Below are positions 8,991-17,447 of a DNA stretch of 17,880 nucleotides, one piece after another. The translations under genes and the position numbers were made by a program. This DNA is from an uncultured archaeon (GTDB taxonomy: Archaea > Asgardarchaeota > Lokiarchaeia > Sigyniarchaeales > SOKP01): the NCBI GenBank assembly GCA_964447495.1, contig CAYUTF010000069.1, positions 1 through 17,880 of the forward strand, written 5' to 3'. A model generated the notes under the pieces. The model made no database searches, was not told the DNA's origin, and was given only the letters and a program-made list of their open reading frames with translations. Numbering within the stretch: the stretch's first letter is position 1; every line of letters begins with the position of its first letter.

Positions 8991-9705
8991 TATTAATCTT
9001 ATTTTTTTCAATGATCCATTTATCTACTAATAATTTCTGTAATTTCTTCTTCTGACTTACATCATAAGTATTATGGATTGTACTTTTTGGGATCCAGAAT
9101 TCCGCTCCTGATTCAAAGGTTATTAAAAGTGCTTTTGGACTTTCAACTTTTATTTTTGCCGATATCTCCAAAGTATCAACAGATACTCCATATTCTGTAG
9201 TTTCAATTATTTGCAATCCATCTCTAGTTGTTATATGTTCTGAAAATACTCCATACTGACTTTCATCATCGGATTTTTCCTCTTCTTTTGCATCAAATGT
9301 ACCTGAAGTTGCAAATTCAATTTTTTCGCTTAAAATATGCTCAAGCATTAATATAAAGAGAGTTAAATTTGGAAACCGTAATTTTTTCACATAATCGCCA
9401 ATTTTAATTCTTATTGCTTCCCTCGCTTCAGATTCCCATCCAACATAAATTTCGGTTTTTCTTTCTTTAAATACATGAGACCCTCTCCAATTTGCACTTT
9501 TCTTTTTAAGGACTTCTAAAATGCAAATTATTTCTTCGATTGACAATCTCACTGTCTTACCTTCTTTTTTTGAAGGTTTTTCCCAACTCCCATCTTCTTT
9601 TCTATTAATGCAACTCAAGAAGATATAGGGTACTTTTTGTGCAGGACTCGTCAGAATGAGCCCCTTTTTCTGCCCAAAAAAAGTTTTAGTATGAAAATCT
9701 GCCAT
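8971..9705 (-). CDS. Hypothetical protein, possible PC4/Whirly-like nucleic-acid-binding N-terminal domain
   Basis: 244-aa ORF with ATG start and normal codon composition. The segment RKEDGSWEKPSKKEGKTVRLSIEE resembles the PC4 pattern. Acidic linker; C-terminal ESPKALLI...WIPKS domain. The gene is well supported; the function is speculative. Confidence 0.75.
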   Translation of the reverse strand: MADFHTKTFFGQKKGLILTSPAQKVPYIFLSCINRKEDGSWEKPSKKEGKTVRLSIEEIICILEVLKKKSANWRGSHVFKERKTEIYVGWESEAREAIRIKIGDYVKKLRFPNLTLFILMLEHILSEKIEFATSGTFDAKEEEKSDDESQYGVFSEHITTRDGLQIIETTEYGVSVDTLEISAKIKVESPKALLITFESGAEFWIPKSTIHNTYDVSQKKKLQKLLVDKWIIEKNKINNDYIQE

Positions 9706-9862
9706 GATTTCACAATTTTATTAAATTATTCAGAGAGAATCTAATTCCTTAAATGATAATTGCATTTTCTATGATTTAAATCTGATTAATAATTAACTAC
9801 TATTGCTGTTTTGTTATGTAAAAGAGTTTTGAAAATTTGAGTTAAAATGGAATTGGTTCACG

Positions 9863-10168
9863 TCACATTAATTCAATTTCAACAAGAACAGATTCAGGGA
9901 TTTGAATTTTCATTATAAGATGCATACTTCGTTCATTTGCGATAATCTCAAAAAGTCTTTTATGGATTCTCATCTCAAATTTTGCCCATGTATTTGTCCC
10001 TTGACCTGATGGTGCTTTTAGGGTAGGAACGCTTAATCGTTTAGTAGGGAGAGGGATTGGTCCATATTTTTTTATTCCTTGATTCTTACAGACACTTTCG
10101 ATTTGGTCGCATACATTTTGAAGTGAATCAAGCTGAACACTTGAAAGACGAATACGAGCGGCTTGCAA
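9863..10168 (-). CDS. rpsJ: 30S ribosomal protein uS10 (archaeal type)
   Basis: ARIRLSS, GPIPLPTKRL, G.GT.TW..FEMRIHKRL, IM.I.IP..V..EI. TTG start with AGGAG upstream. Confidence 0.96.
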   Translation of the reverse strand: MQAARIRLSSVQLDSLQNVCDQIESVCKNQGIKKYGPIPLPTKRLSVPTLKAPSGQGTNTWAKFEMRIHKRLFEIIANERSMHLIMKIQIPESVLVEIELM

Positions 10169-10179
10169 ACTATATATTT

Positions 10180-10184
10180 CTCCT
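10180..10184 (-). promoter_or_regulatory. Putative Shine-Dalgarno site for rpsJ
   Basis: Minus strand reads AAAAGGAG-AAATATATAGT-TTG. The spacing of about 11 nt is somewhat long. Confidence 0.5.
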
Positions 10185-10290
10185 TTTTATGATTCTCATT
10201 TATTAATAATCATTAATCGTAGGATGGATAATTATTATTAAAATAAATATTTTATTATCAAATCGCAAAAATCTAATAAATAATGGAGGA

Positions 10291-11439
10291 TCAAAACCTT
10301 AAAAGAAATTGATTCCCTAAATGTACATTGACTAAATATTTTTTTGCAATTTTAAAACAAGCTAATGCCTGATCTTTAGAAGTAATAGGTAAATCACGCA
10401 TCTGATAATCTGGATGGAAAATTAATAAACTATAAGGAATCTTATTATCAATTTCACTTATAAAATGAGCAATTAATTCCACTTCATCTTTATTAATATA
10501 TCCTGGAACTAATAAAGTACACGCACTCATTTCAGGTAAATTTTTACGCTTTCCAAAATATGCTTCAGCCAAGAACTTAAAATTTTCCAAGGTTCTCTTA
10601 TTACTCACACCACATAAAGCGTAATTTAATCGTTCATGATATGATTTTAGATCAAATTTAATGTTTCCTCCCGTTTTCAGAGCAATTTTCATACAATTCT
10701 CTACTAATTTTCTATTTCCACTGCCATTCCATTCCCAGCATACTCGAAACTTTCGATCCTGTTTATTATCGCTAATTTTATTTAATATCAATTCTGCTAG
10801 ATTAATAGAAAAAGGTAATTGGGGTTCGGGTGTACCTCCAAAATAACAAATACAGGTTATCTTTTTATTATTATATATCTCATTTGCCAGTACTTCAACA
10901 TCATACAAAGTTCTAGTTGAAATATATTTATGAGAAGAATTTTGGCAAAAAAGACAATTGAATGAGCACCCATATAGGAATGCCGCATAGGAATACGTTC
11001 CTAATTCAGGACCGTTATGATTTGAATACTCTGGATACCCATTAGACGTTCCAGCCGGACAAAACCATGCATTGCAACAGTTTGTAGGATTTGCATCAAT
11101 ATACCCATGAATGTATCCTTTTGATTTTGTTGGAAACGGTAATTCTCCCGTTTGATTTTTTTTAATATTTCTCAATCCGCAATAGCTAATATCAGAGGCA
11201 TTAAGACTACATTCATTCATACATAGATTACATTGTAATTCTATCTTATCTTTTGATGATTTAGGAGGCAACCCCGGTAAATCTGCGGTTTTTCTTACTT
11301 GTTTATGTATATTTAATAAATATGGTTTCACGACAGCCCAGTTTTGATCAAGGATGCAATTACGGCATATTTGAAGAATTTCCGAGATATTTCTAGAGGT
11401 TGTTCCACAAAATTTACACATACCCATAGTATCTCTCAT
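10291..11439 (-). CDS. Radical SAM protein (PflA/AmmeMemoRadiSam-like, COG1180) with Cys-rich N-terminal extension
   Basis: GCSFNCLFCQN (CxxxCxxC), FGGTPEP, WEWNGSG, KFDLK, LLVPGY, FHPDY. Extra CKFC, CRNC, CNLCMNEC..C and NCC...C clusters. ATGA overlap with the upstream methyltransferase. Confidence 0.9.
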   Translation of the reverse strand: MRDTMGMCKFCGTTSRNISEILQICRNCILDQNWAVVKPYLLNIHKQVRKTADLPGLPPKSSKDKIELQCNLCMNECSLNASDISYCGLRNIKKNQTGELPFPTKSKGYIHGYIDANPTNCCNAWFCPAGTSNGYPEYSNHNGPELGTYSYAAFLYGCSFNCLFCQNSSHKYISTRTLYDVEVLANEIYNNKKITCICYFGGTPEPQLPFSINLAELILNKISDNKQDRKFRVCWEWNGSGNRKLVENCMKIALKTGGNIKFDLKSYHERLNYALCGVSNKRTLENFKFLAEAYFGKRKNLPEMSACTLLVPGYINKDEVELIAHFISEIDNKIPYSLLIFHPDYQMRDLPITSKDQALACFKIAKKYLVNVHLGNQFLLRF

Positions 11440-12092
11440 GCTTTTTTTAATAATAGAAAAGTTTGACCCGATTTCTGGTTCGGGTTTTGTTTTATCATAA
11501 ATCCATTAAATCCATTGTTAATAAAAGAAGATTTAAACTGATTTAATTCTTCTTCATCATTTGGATAAAATTCCAGTACCATCCTGCTATTAGGTTTTAA
11601 AATTGTATTTAAGTATTGAGCTGTTTTTGTTAATAAAATATTTTTTTCTTTAGATGTTTGAAGCGTATTTATAATAAAATTATATGCTGAGATTGAAATG
11701 ATGTGGTCAATTGAATTACCTCTAAAAGGTAACTGATTAATGTCTGCCAAAATATATTCAAGAAATGATTTCTTATCATATCTTTTCATTCTATCTCTCG
11801 CTTTAAAAATCATGTCCTTCAAAATATCGATTCCAATTACTTTAAATCCATTTTCTAACAATGTTTCAGAAGAAAATCCCGTTCCACATCCTAAATCCAA
11901 AACTAAATAGGGTATATCTTGAAGAGAGTTGATGATATTTAACCTATCCAATTGATCATCAAACAAATATTGAATGCAGAGCAATGTGGTTTTTTTTTGA
12001 TTTCTCTGCATCCAAATTGATTCATCATATTCTTCTGCTTTTTCGCCAATGTATGAATTGGGAAATTTTGGTTTCTTCGTTTTTCGTGACAT
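11436..12092 (-). CDS. Class I SAM-dependent methyltransferase, Bud23/WBSCR22-like (putative SSU rRNA m7G methyltransferase)
   Basis: Motif I VLDLGCGTG plus Bud23-like blocks AEEY..S...Q...T, LPFR..S.D..ISISA, EFYPND and GFNG.....P...K....LLL. The methyltransferase call is firm; the Bud23 assignment comes from the recalled yeast sequence. Confidence 0.85.
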   Translation of the reverse strand: MSRKTKKPKFPNSYIGEKAEEYDESIWMQRNQKKTTLLCIQYLFDDQLDRLNIINSLQDIPYLVLDLGCGTGFSSETLLENGFKVIGIDILKDMIFKARDRMKRYDKKSFLEYILADINQLPFRGNSIDHIISISAYNFIINTLQTSKEKNILLTKTAQYLNTILKPNSRMVLEFYPNDEEELNQFKSSFINNGFNGFMIKQNPNQKSGQTFLLLKKA

Positions 12093-12223
12093 TGATGAGA
12101 AATTATTTGTGGTTCAAATAAACTATTAAATACGTAAATAAATATATTATAGTTAAAATAAATTCAAATGATTTATTTATTTTAAAACAAACGAACATAA
12201 AAAAGAATCAGTCGGGGTTGATT

Positions 12224-12607
12224 ATGCCAGAAAATAAGACAATATTAGTCGTTGATGATGAACCAGATATTGTTAATTTAACAGAAAAGATATTAAAGTT
12301 AGGAAAATTTAAAACTCTTACATGCAATAACGGGAAAGAAGCATTAAAGATTATTGAGGATAAATATTCCGAAATCTCGCTTGTTTTATTAGATCTAATG
12401 ATGCCAGGAGTGAGTGGAATGGAAGTATTGAGAACTATCAAGTCCAATGATATATTTAAACATATACAAGTGATTCTATTTACTGTAAAAAGTTTTAAAG
12501 AGGATATCCAAAAAGGAAAGGAGATGGGGGCTGATGGTTACATAACAAAACCATTTTCCGGTAAACAGCTCTTAGAATATATAAATAAAGTGTTTGAAAA
12601 AAGCTGA
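12224..12607 (+). CDS. Stand-alone response regulator receiver protein (CheY-like)
   Basis: ILVVDDE, LLDLMMPG (phospho-Asp), LFT, GADGYITKPF. ATG at 12224 preferred over TTG at 12218. Confidence 0.93.
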   Translation: MPENKTILVVDDEPDIVNLTEKILKLGKFKTLTCNNGKEALKIIEDKYSEISLVLLDLMMPGVSGMEVLRTIKSNDIFKHIQVILFTVKSFKEDIQKGKEMGADGYITKPFSGKQLLEYINKVFEKS

Positions 12608-12859
12608 ATTACCTTCCTAATCCCGTGAAGTAATCAATTTTTCCATAAAAAGAATCTAATTTCTAATTAATTTTCTCACATCGTTATATTTAATCTTTGC
12701 AGTATATCATTTTTAATAACAGGATCATTTGTTTTTTTCATGACATTATCGATCAAATATTTAAAATTCATAAATATTTAAAAAGTAGATAAAAGATACT
12801 ATTCATAGAATTCGATATATGCTAATATTACTATATTTTATTAAGTAGATGAATAAATT

Positions 12860-13252
12860 ATGAGCAAAGTGGCGGGTAAAATATTAATTGTTGATGATGA
12901 ACCCGATATCGTCAACTTAACTCAAAGTTTTCTACAACTCGAAAATTATAACACACTTACTTGCGGTGATGGGGAAGAAGCTCTTAAGATTATAGAAAAA
13001 CACCATGATGAAATAATGCTCGTGTTATTAGACATCATGATGCCAAAAGTGGATGGCTATAAGGTGTTAGAAAAAATAAAAACGAATGAAAAATATAAAA
13101 AAATACTTGTAATCTTATTTACTGTAAAAAATTTTAAATTTGACATAATTAAGGGAAAAGAACTAGGTGCAGACGGATATCTCTTAAAGGCGATATCTGG
13201 AAAAGCATTGCTTGATTATGTTAAAAAAATTCTCGAAAAGAAAGTATTGTAA
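12860..13252 (+). CDS. Stand-alone response regulator receiver protein (CheY-like), paralog of the preceding gene
   Basis: ILIVDDE, LLDIMMP, LFT, GADGYLLKAI. Shares DDEPDIVNLT, TLTC, EALKIIE, VILFTVK and KGKE.GADGY with the neighbour. Confidence 0.92.
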   Translation: MSKVAGKILIVDDEPDIVNLTQSFLQLENYNTLTCGDGEEALKIIEKHHDEIMLVLLDIMMPKVDGYKVLEKIKTNEKYKKILVILFTVKNFKFDIIKGKELGADGYLLKAISGKALLDYVKKILEKKVL

Positions 13253-13364
13253 TATTTTAGAAATTTACTTTAATTCAGAATTTTTTATTTGCACTTTTTC
13301 TTCCATTTTTTCTAATACTATTCCGACTATAACATTGATGATCTCTACTTATATCTAATTTTTT

Positions 13365-14573
13365 TTATGGAATTAAATTAGTTATTGACATTATTACAAT
13401 TGTAAATATTGGAATCAAAAGGGTAAAAATGCATAAAAATTTCCTTATTTTATGTGCGATATGAATTCTTGGTTTTCTGCCAATCCGATCTAATAGGACG
13501 GGATACAGATTATGATCATGGGGTTCAATTTGATACCAATATGCTGTTGATGACCAGTCATCACCACGATGATTATCGTGACCATGTTCAATGGAAACCG
13601 TTATTTTCTTATTGAAATATATTGGATCCTCAATATGATACCGATAATAGGTGATCTTTCCCCAAAAGTTAAAGCCACCCGGCAATATTGTCCCATGGTA
13701 TGGTGAAGAATGTTCTTTACTCGGTCCATATGCTTGATTTACATAATCCTCTGTTCCGGTACCGTATAACGTAGGGATCCCTTTGTCAACATCTTCATCG
13801 ATAAAGATCATGTCATCACCTTCACCGGGCCAATTGATACTCCATGGCATGAACGTTATATTGTCGATATCTAAATGACATCCGACATAATGACCCTTAC
13901 CTTTTGCTTCTAAGATTTTATAGTTATAGCTCATAGGTTCTGTATTTTTGCCACCTCTATAGTTAAATTCAATTGGATTTCGTGTTTTAAAATTTTTTCC
14001 TGTTTCCAAATCTTTTTTCTTGATTTTTGGCGGATTTTCTCTTCTCCATTGCGCATGAAATCTTCCATATCTATTCTTTAATTCGAATTTTTCTTCATAA
14101 GATTCATAATCTATATAATAATAGAATTGTAAAGGTTTTGGATTATCATTTTCTAAAGTAATTTTGAATTTAGTTGAGAATGGCATTGGCCACCAACAAT
14201 TAAAGCCTCTTCCTCCTCGAGGAGACATTTGAAAAGGAAGTGAGACAAAACTTTTCTTTTTGGCATGACCTAACCCAAAGAAATCGCCAATAGGGACTTC
14301 GATGCTAGGTTTATTAAGTTCCTCGCCATCCCAATACATCCGTAAAATAATATTTCGTAAATAGTATTTCGATTTACATCTCATGGTACACCATATATGG
14401 GTTATACATCCAGCAATACCCTCTACTTCTGCTAATGTGATCGATTCTCCAGATTGTATATCTATCCAATCATGATTTCCCCCTGTTTTATCATAACTTG
14501 ATATTCTCTTTCTTTTTATCGAGTCGGGACGTATTTTACCTATATTATTCAAACTAGAATTGCCACTTTTCAT
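13365..14573 (-). CDS. DUF2961 / glycoside hydrolase family 172 protein with C-terminal membrane anchor
   Basis: RISSYDKTGGNHD, LRMYWDGE, VPIGDFFG, FNCWWPMPF, FHAQWRRE, GEGDDMIFID, GTGTEDY, YRYHIEDPIYF, IEHGHDN, SSTAYWYQ; hydrophobic C-terminus. ATG at 14573 preferred over TTG at 14594. Confidence 0.9.
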   Translation of the reverse strand: MKSGNSSLNNIGKIRPDSIKRKRISSYDKTGGNHDWIDIQSGESITLAEVEGIAGCITHIWCTMRCKSKYYLRNIILRMYWDGEELNKPSIEVPIGDFFGLGHAKKKSFVSLPFQMSPRGGRGFNCWWPMPFSTKFKITLENDNPKPLQFYYYIDYESYEEKFELKNRYGRFHAQWRRENPPKIKKKDLETGKNFKTRNPIEFNYRGGKNTEPMSYNYKILEAKGKGHYVGCHLDIDNITFMPWSINWPGEGDDMIFIDEDVDKGIPTLYGTGTEDYVNQAYGPSKEHSSPYHGTILPGGFNFWGKITYYRYHIEDPIYFNKKITVSIEHGHDNHRGDDWSSTAYWYQIEPHDHNLYPVLLDRIGRKPRIHIAHKIRKFLCIFTLLIPIFTIVIMSITNLIP

Positions 14574-14647
14574 GTTACTATCTAAAAAAATCAATCTTTA
14601 AAAAAATCATTTATTTCGTGTTATCTCATAACCATACCTTACTTAAT

Positions 14648-15019
14648 TCAATCTCCCGTTGGTTTTACAGTAAAGTCTTCTATAACCAAAACCGATGTCC
14701 GAGTAGGAGCTCTGGTTCTATGCAATGTTCCTTTTGGAACCGTAAAACCTTGTTTTGGCTTTAATTCAATTGTTTTATTCTCCAAATCAATTAAAAGTAG
14801 CCCATCAAGTACAAAAAAGAATTCATCTTCTTTATTGTGCTTATGCCAATGAAATTCCCCTTCAATTACCGCTAATCTAATTACAGAATTATTCACGGTG
14901 CAAAGAGACATATTCTGCCATTTCTTAGTACTTTGATCTATTAATCTTGGAACGTCAATAATTTCCAAAGGCTTATACTTTACCTCAAGATCAATTGAAT
15001 ATTTAGTATTATTTTTCAT
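14648..15019 (-). CDS. Cupin domain protein
   Basis: GEFHWHKHNKEDEFFFVLDG...VPKGTLHRTRA metal-binding cupin motifs. ATG at 15019 (TTG at 15025 is the alternative). Confidence 0.92.
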   Translation of the reverse strand: MKNNTKYSIDLEVKYKPLEIIDVPRLIDQSTKKWQNMSLCTVNNSVIRLAVIEGEFHWHKHNKEDEFFFVLDGLLLIDLENKTIELKPKQGFTVPKGTLHRTRAPTRTSVLVIEDFTVKPTGD

Positions 15020-15288
15020 GTTCAATCTCTTAATTGGGTATTTTTTATCACATTTATTTTTATTACATTAACTAAGTATCTTAAAGGGGCTTGAATTCAA
15101 AATTCTTCGGGTAGAGTATGGATCATGGACTCTTCATAGTTAATTTAATTATTGGTTCCTTGTCTGCAATTATAAGTCGATTCCAAAGAATATTTAGCTA
15201 ACATTGATTTATTATGAAAACTCTTAAATAATATAAAAAATCAATTTATTTTATTAAAAACTCATAAAAATAAAAAAAGTGTTATGAA

Positions 15289-15975
15289 ATGGTATTGGAA
15301 GCAGAAAGTGATAAAATTCCTTTTATGAAACAATACTTTTCGGTTATTATCCTTGCGGCAAATATAATTGTGTTTATTTGGCAGTTGTTAGATCCAGCAG
15401 GACAAATGCATATCGAAGCGGCGTTTGTTCCAAACGAATTTTTCAAAGGGGAAAAACTATGGACGTTAATAACATCCATGTTTATGCACGGAGACATAGT
15501 CCATATCGTTATGAATATGTGGTTTTTCATAGTTGTTACAGATAACTGTGAACACGCTTTTGGTCATGGTCTATACCTCTTTACATACTTTATATGTGGA
15601 TTATCGGGCAGTTTACTTCATGCTTTAAGTACTATAATTATTCCAGTGTGGGGCCCTATTTTAGCAGATATACCCTCACTTGGGGCTTCGGGAGCAATTT
15701 TTGGGCTTATGGCTGTTTATGTCATTCTTTATTCCGGAAATAAATTTTATCTTCCTTCTTCAACGGGTATGTCAATGCGCAAGGTGAGTGCTGGTTATTT
15801 CATTGTGACATATTTTGTAGCTGAACTAACTTATGCGATTTATTCGCTTTATGATCCTTTCGGAATGGGGTCTACGGCACACTTCGCTCATGTTGGGGGT
15901 TTTATATCAGGAGCGATTATTGCGGGAATTTTTAAAGCTGTTAAAGGAACGAATTATAAGAAGAAGAAGCCATAG
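15289..15975 (+). CDS. Rhomboid family intramembrane serine protease
   Basis: WTLITSMFMHGD..HI..NM, GASGAIFG (catalytic Ser), AHFAHVGGF (catalytic His), multiple TM segments. Confidence 0.95.
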   Translation: MVLEAESDKIPFMKQYFSVIILAANIIVFIWQLLDPAGQMHIEAAFVPNEFFKGEKLWTLITSMFMHGDIVHIVMNMWFFIVVTDNCEHAFGHGLYLFTYFICGLSGSLLHALSTIIIPVWGPILADIPSLGASGAIFGLMAVYVILYSGNKFYLPSSTGMSMRKVSAGYFIVTYFVAELTYAIYSLYDPFGMGSTAHFAHVGGFISGAIIAGIFKAVKGTNYKKKKP

Positions 15976-15980
15976 ACAGG

Positions 15981-15993
15981 TTTTTTTTTTTTT
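15981..15993 (+). terminator. Oligo(T) archaeal-type terminator after the rhomboid gene
   Basis: A T13 run begins 6 nt after the TAG stop. Confidence 0.55.
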
Positions 15994-16079
15994 CTTTATT
16001 TATTATCATTCTAAACTTTTTTCAATCATGTGGGATTTTTTCTAATCACTGATAGATCTTATATATGAGAAAGGTTATT

Positions 16080-17447
16080 ATGAGTGAAACCGTTCATATT
16101 TGTGTCATAGGAATGGGTTATGTAGGCATACCTATGGCAGTTTTACTTGCTGACGTAGAAAATTTCTATGTTACTGGAATCCAACGAAAATCTCAAAGAT
16201 CTGGATGGAAAATTGATTGGCTCAACAATGGGAAAAATCCTTTTGAAGGTGTTGAACCCGGGTTAAATGAGATTATCAAAAGGGTGGTAGAAAATAAGAA
16301 ATTTCACGTAACTGATGATTTTAAGTCTTGTGAAAATGCAGACTATATATTAATTGACGTCCAAACCCCCGTAGATGATGAAAAGAATCCTCGATATGAA
16401 TCCCTTATTGAAGTATCCGAAAAAATTTCTAAGCATATGAAAAAAGGTGTAACAATCATTTTAGAATCAACAGTTGCCCCAGGAACTACAGAAAATATAG
16501 TTCAGCCCATAATAGAAGAAGGAAGCGGTTTAGTAAGAGGTAAGGATTTTTATTTGGTATTCTCATTTGAACGTGTTATGCCAGGTAAGCTATTGGAGTA
16601 TATAATTAATTTTCCTCGAGTAATTGGAGGTGGATGTAAAGAAGCAAATGTAAAAGCAATGTTTCTCTATGGAAAAGTTGTAAAAAAAGAACTCCAGATA
16701 ACAGATACTTTAACAGCAGAACTAACAAAATGTATAGAAAATGCTTATAGAGATGTAAATATTGCTTTTGCAAATGAGATGGCGCTCCTATGCGAAGATT
16801 TCAATCGAGACATATTTGAAATTATCACCCTCATAAATTATAGGCATGACAGAATGATGCATTCTCCAGGTAGTGGAGTAGGAGGACACTGTTTAACGAA
16901 GGACCCATGGCTTCTCATTTATGGTTTCGAGAAATATACAAACACAAGAAATAGAGATCACATTAAGTTAATTCCGGAATCGAGGAGTTTAAACGATTTT
17001 ATGCCTATCCATATGGTAGAACTTATGGAGGATGCTTTAAAAGAAGCGGGAAAAATAGTTGATAATCTCAAAATTACTATTTTTGGAGTATCATATAAAG
17101 CAAATACAGATGATACAAGAAATACTCCCACAGAACACATCTTAAGGATTTTAATGAAACGATATCATAGTCATAATATTAATTATATTGCTCATGACCC
17201 CTATGTGAAGGAAAAGGATTACCAAATGACCGAACTGACTAACAATTTTAGCGAAGCTATTATCAATTCTGATGTACTTATTTTTGTTACCAATCATAAA
17301 GAATATTATGATATTGATTTAAAAATGGTTAAAGAAAAGGTGAAAACTCCAATAATTATAGACGGTAGAAATATTTTTGACAAGAAAGTTGTAGAAAGCA
17401 ACGGTTTTATTTATAGAAAGATAGGGGAGGGTTCCAATAAACCATAG
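16080..17447 (+). CDS. Nucleotide-sugar dehydrogenase (UDP-glucose/GDP-mannose family; WecC/WbpA-like)
   Basis: IGMGYVG, DVQTP, ESTVAPGTT, ERVMPG, AELTK..ENAYRDVNIAFANE, GVGGHCLTKDP, YKANTDDTRNTP, IDGRN. Start at 16080 or 16065. Confidence 0.93.
   Translation: MSETVHICVIGMGYVGIPMAVLLADVENFYVTGIQRKSQRSGWKIDWLNNGKNPFEGVEPGLNEIIKRVVENKKFHVTDDFKSCENADYILIDVQTPVDDEKNPRYESLIEVSEKISKHMKKGVTIILESTVAPGTTENIVQPIIEEGSGLVRGKDFYLVFSFERVMPGKLLEYIINFPRVIGGGCKEANVKAMFLYGKVVKKELQITDTLTAELTKCIENAYRDVNIAFANEMALLCEDFNRDIFEIITLINYRHDRMMHSPGSGVGGHCLTKDPWLLIYGFEKYTNTRNRDHIKLIPESRSLNDFMPIHMVELMEDALKEAGKIVDNLKITIFGVSYKANTDDTRNTPTEHILRILMKRYHSHNINYIAHDPYVKEKDYQMTELTNNFSEAIINSDVLIFVTNHKEYYDIDLKMVKEKVKTPIIIDGRNIFDKKVVESNGFIYRKIGEGSNKP

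Noticed and set aside
9843-10293. Sec read-through of the TGA stops of rpsJ and the radical SAM gene
   Set aside because: Both proteins are full-length at the TGA, other stops follow within a few codons, and there is no Cys-equivalent context.
10661-10846. 61-aa plus-strand ORF
   Set aside because: Antisense to the radical SAM gene.
12208-12447. 79-aa minus-strand ORF
   Set aside because: Antisense shadow of the receiver gene.
15282-16045. ORFs 15282-15530 (-) and 15833-16045 (+)
   Set aside because: They overlap the rhomboid antisense or out of frame, and the second runs through the oligo(T) tract.
16958-17140. 60-aa minus-strand ORF
   Set aside because: Antisense to the nucleotide-sugar dehydrogenase.
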